Origin: Pyrodictium occultum
GTDB taxonomy: Archaea > Thermoproteota > Thermoprotei_A > Sulfolobales > Pyrodictiaceae
Direction: 5' to 3'
DNA: 32,000 nt
Assembly: GCF_001462395.1 (NCBI RefSeq)
Contig: NZ_LNTB01000001.1
Location: forward strand, 1,290,001 to 1,322,000
How positions within the stretch are numbered: the stretch's first letter is position 1; every line of letters starts with the position of its first letter. Made by a program: the position numbers and the translations under genes. Positions 30,204-32,000 of the stretch are shown here, in pieces. The notes beneath the pieces are model-generated. The model saw only the letters and a list, made by a program, of their open reading frames with translations, was not told the origin of the DNA and did no database searches.

Positions 30204-32000
30204 CTAGACCCTCTCGATGTGGAGCGCGTAGAGCCCATCCACCCGGGCAGCGTGGCCCGGCGGCACCAGGACGGTGGAGTCCTCCTCCTCGACCACCGCG
30301 GGGCCCGTGATCTCGGCCCCAGGCCTCAGGAGGGGCCTCCAGTACACCGGGGCCTCAACCCAGCCCGCCTCCTCGAAGTAGACGCGCCTCCGCCCCCGCG
30401 GCTCTGGCCGGTGGGGCCTCGGCTCCCCCTGCGGCAGCCTGGGCTTCCCCGTCCTCCCGTAGGCGGTGAGCCGGGCCGCGACTATGAAGACCGGCGCCTC
30501 CCGGAGCCTGTAGCCGTACCGGGCCTCGTGGAGCCGGTGGAACTCCTCCACCGCCTCGCCCAGGCTGCCGCGGTAGGGGACCGTGATGCTGTAGGCCTGG
30601 CCCATGTACCTCATCTCCAGGCTCCTTGTCATCACTATCTTGTTGCCCGGCACGCCCTCCGCCCTGAGCATTGCCAGGGCCTTCTCCGCGAGGCTCTCGA
30701 ACACCCTGTCGAGCTCCTCCTCGGAGACCTCGCCGGCGGCCCTCGCCACAGCCGCGTGGAGGTCGTGCCGGTAGTCGGTGAGCAGGAGCCCGAGGGCGGA
30801 GAAGACGCCGGGCATCGGCGGGACCACGACCCTCTCCATCCCCAGCTCCCCCGCCAGCTCAGCCGCGTGGAGGGGCCCGGCGCCCCCATAGGCGTAGAGG
30901 GTGAAGCGCCGGGGGTCGTAGCCCCTCTCCACGGTCACTATCCGGAGCGCCCTCGCCATAATAGTGTTGGCTATCCTAACCACCGCCGCCGCTGCCTCGA
31001 CCAGGTCCATGCCCAGCTTCTCCCCGAGCCCCGTGAGAGCCTCCAGCGCCAGGTCCCTGCGGAGCCGGAGGACGCCGCCGGCGAGGGCCTCGGGGAGCCT
31101 CCCGAGGACGAGCTGCGCGTCCGTAACCGTCGGCTCCCTCCCGCCCCGGCCGTAGCAGGCCGGCCCCGGGTCGGAGCCCGCGCTCACCGGGCCCACGCGG
31201 AGCGCGCCCCCCGCGTCGACCCAGGCGATGCTGCCCCCGCCCGCGCTGACCTCCACGAGGTCTATGAAGGGGTAGCGTACCGGGTACCCGGAGCCCCTCA
31301 GCTTCCTCCCCATGTGGGCCCTGCCGCCGACCTCGTACTCGCCCACCACGAGCGGCTCCCCGCCCACCACGGCGACAGCCTTCGCCGTGGTGCCGCCCAT
31401 ATCGAAGCCCACGGCGTGCTCGACCCCCATCAGCCTGGAGAAGTAGGCCGCCGCGACCGCGCCGGCGGCGGGCCCGCTCTCGATGAACGCCGCGGGCCTC
31501 TCGACAGCCTGCTCGACCCCGGCCACCCCGCCGCTGCTCTGCATGACCAGGAGCGTCCCCCGGAACCCGCGGCGCCGCAGCTCCTCCAGGAGCCTGGCCA
31601 GGTAGCCGGAGAGCAGCGGCCGGAGCAGCGCGTTCACCACAGCGGTGCTGGCCCTCTCGTACTCGCGGGCGCAGGGTCTACCTCATGGCTCGCCACCACC
31701 TCGGCGCCGGGGCACTCCTTTAGGATAATCCTCTTCGCCTCCTCCTCGTGCCCCGGGTTGGCGTAGCTATGGAGGAACGAGACGACGAACACCCTGGCTC
31801 GGCCGCACCACTCCCTCGCGATCCTCCTGACGGCCTCCCCGTCGAGGGGCTCTATCTCTTCCCCGCGGGGCCCTACCCGGCCCCTGACGGTCAGCCTCCG
31901 CTCCCTGGGCACGAGGGGCCTGGGCCGCTGGAAGAAGGGGTCGTAGAGGGTGGGGCGGGCCTGCCTGCCCAGCTCCAGCACGTCCCGGAAGCCTTCATTG
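30204..32000 (-). pseudogene. hyuA: Hydantoinase A / 5-oxoprolinase family subunit, interrupted by a 1-nt frameshift near 31665-31672; N-terminus lies beyond the window
   Basis: Two adjacent minus-strand ORFs both read as HyuA. The upstream one carries RDVLELGRQARPTLYD...VVSFLHSYANPGHEEEA...SHEVDPA. The downstream frame carries REYERASTAVVNALLRPLL...FDMGGTTAK. The join requires a shift within gaccctgcgCCCgcgagtac. Confidence 0.8.

Noticed and set aside
30219-31766. 515-aa plus-strand ORF antisense to hyuA
   Set aside because: The composition is Pro/Arg/Gly/His-rich and nonsense-like. The opposite strand encodes an unmistakable HyuA sequence. This is a typical GC-rich antisense open frame.
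1-32000. CRISPR arrays, rRNA genes, transposases/integrases, prophage or IS boundaries
   Set aside because: I saw no regularly spaced direct repeats, no rRNA-like stretches and no recombinase-like ORFs. No duplicate of the tRNA-Ile 3' end was found that would mark an integration site.

Overview
Visibly GC-rich archaeal chromosomal DNA. Coding style looks crenarchaeal: ATA-Ile and AGG-Arg codons, many GTG/TTG starts, isolated AT-rich TATA boxes about 26 nt upstream of starts, GGAGGTG-type Shine-Dalgarno sites inside operons. My guess is a Desulfurococcales/Pyrodictiaceae-like hyperthermophile (inference only). Housekeeping genes flank both sides. On the left: a PsrABC-like molybdopterin oxidoreductase operon (1-3876), a class-I aminotransferase, a Thg1-like enzyme and QueC. 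On the right: Nudix, PyrD, tRNA-Ile(GAU), PGI/PMI, and a hyuA-hyuB hydantoinase/oxoprolinase pair in which hyuA carries a frameshift. The middle (about 7.1-24.1 kb, plus 26.0-26.6 kb) is accessory-looking and mostly uncharacterised. It holds an ORF-poor 0.7-kb gap, a COG3044 ABC-class ATPase, a VapBC-like pair and a dense 10-kb island. The island combines two Roadblock/LC7-domain proteins (one fused to a double zinc ribbon and membrane anchor), PATAN/DUF4388-like modules, a degenerate metallo-beta-lactamase-fold domain, a Cys-less TusA-like domain, a vWA protein, a Ser/Thr-kinase-like protein and a membrane-anchored surface beta-propeller. It also holds secreted paralogs that look like donor-strand filament subunits (CanA/TasA-like). 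Two of these paralogs share a near-identical 108-nt 5' segment. I consider this island the best candidate for an undescribed regulatory/assembly system for an extracellular filament. No CRISPR array, rRNA, transposase or integrase was seen. Many long out-of-frame or antisense ORFs in the track are GC-driven shadows. All domain calls are by-eye motif recognition and need profile or structure searches.
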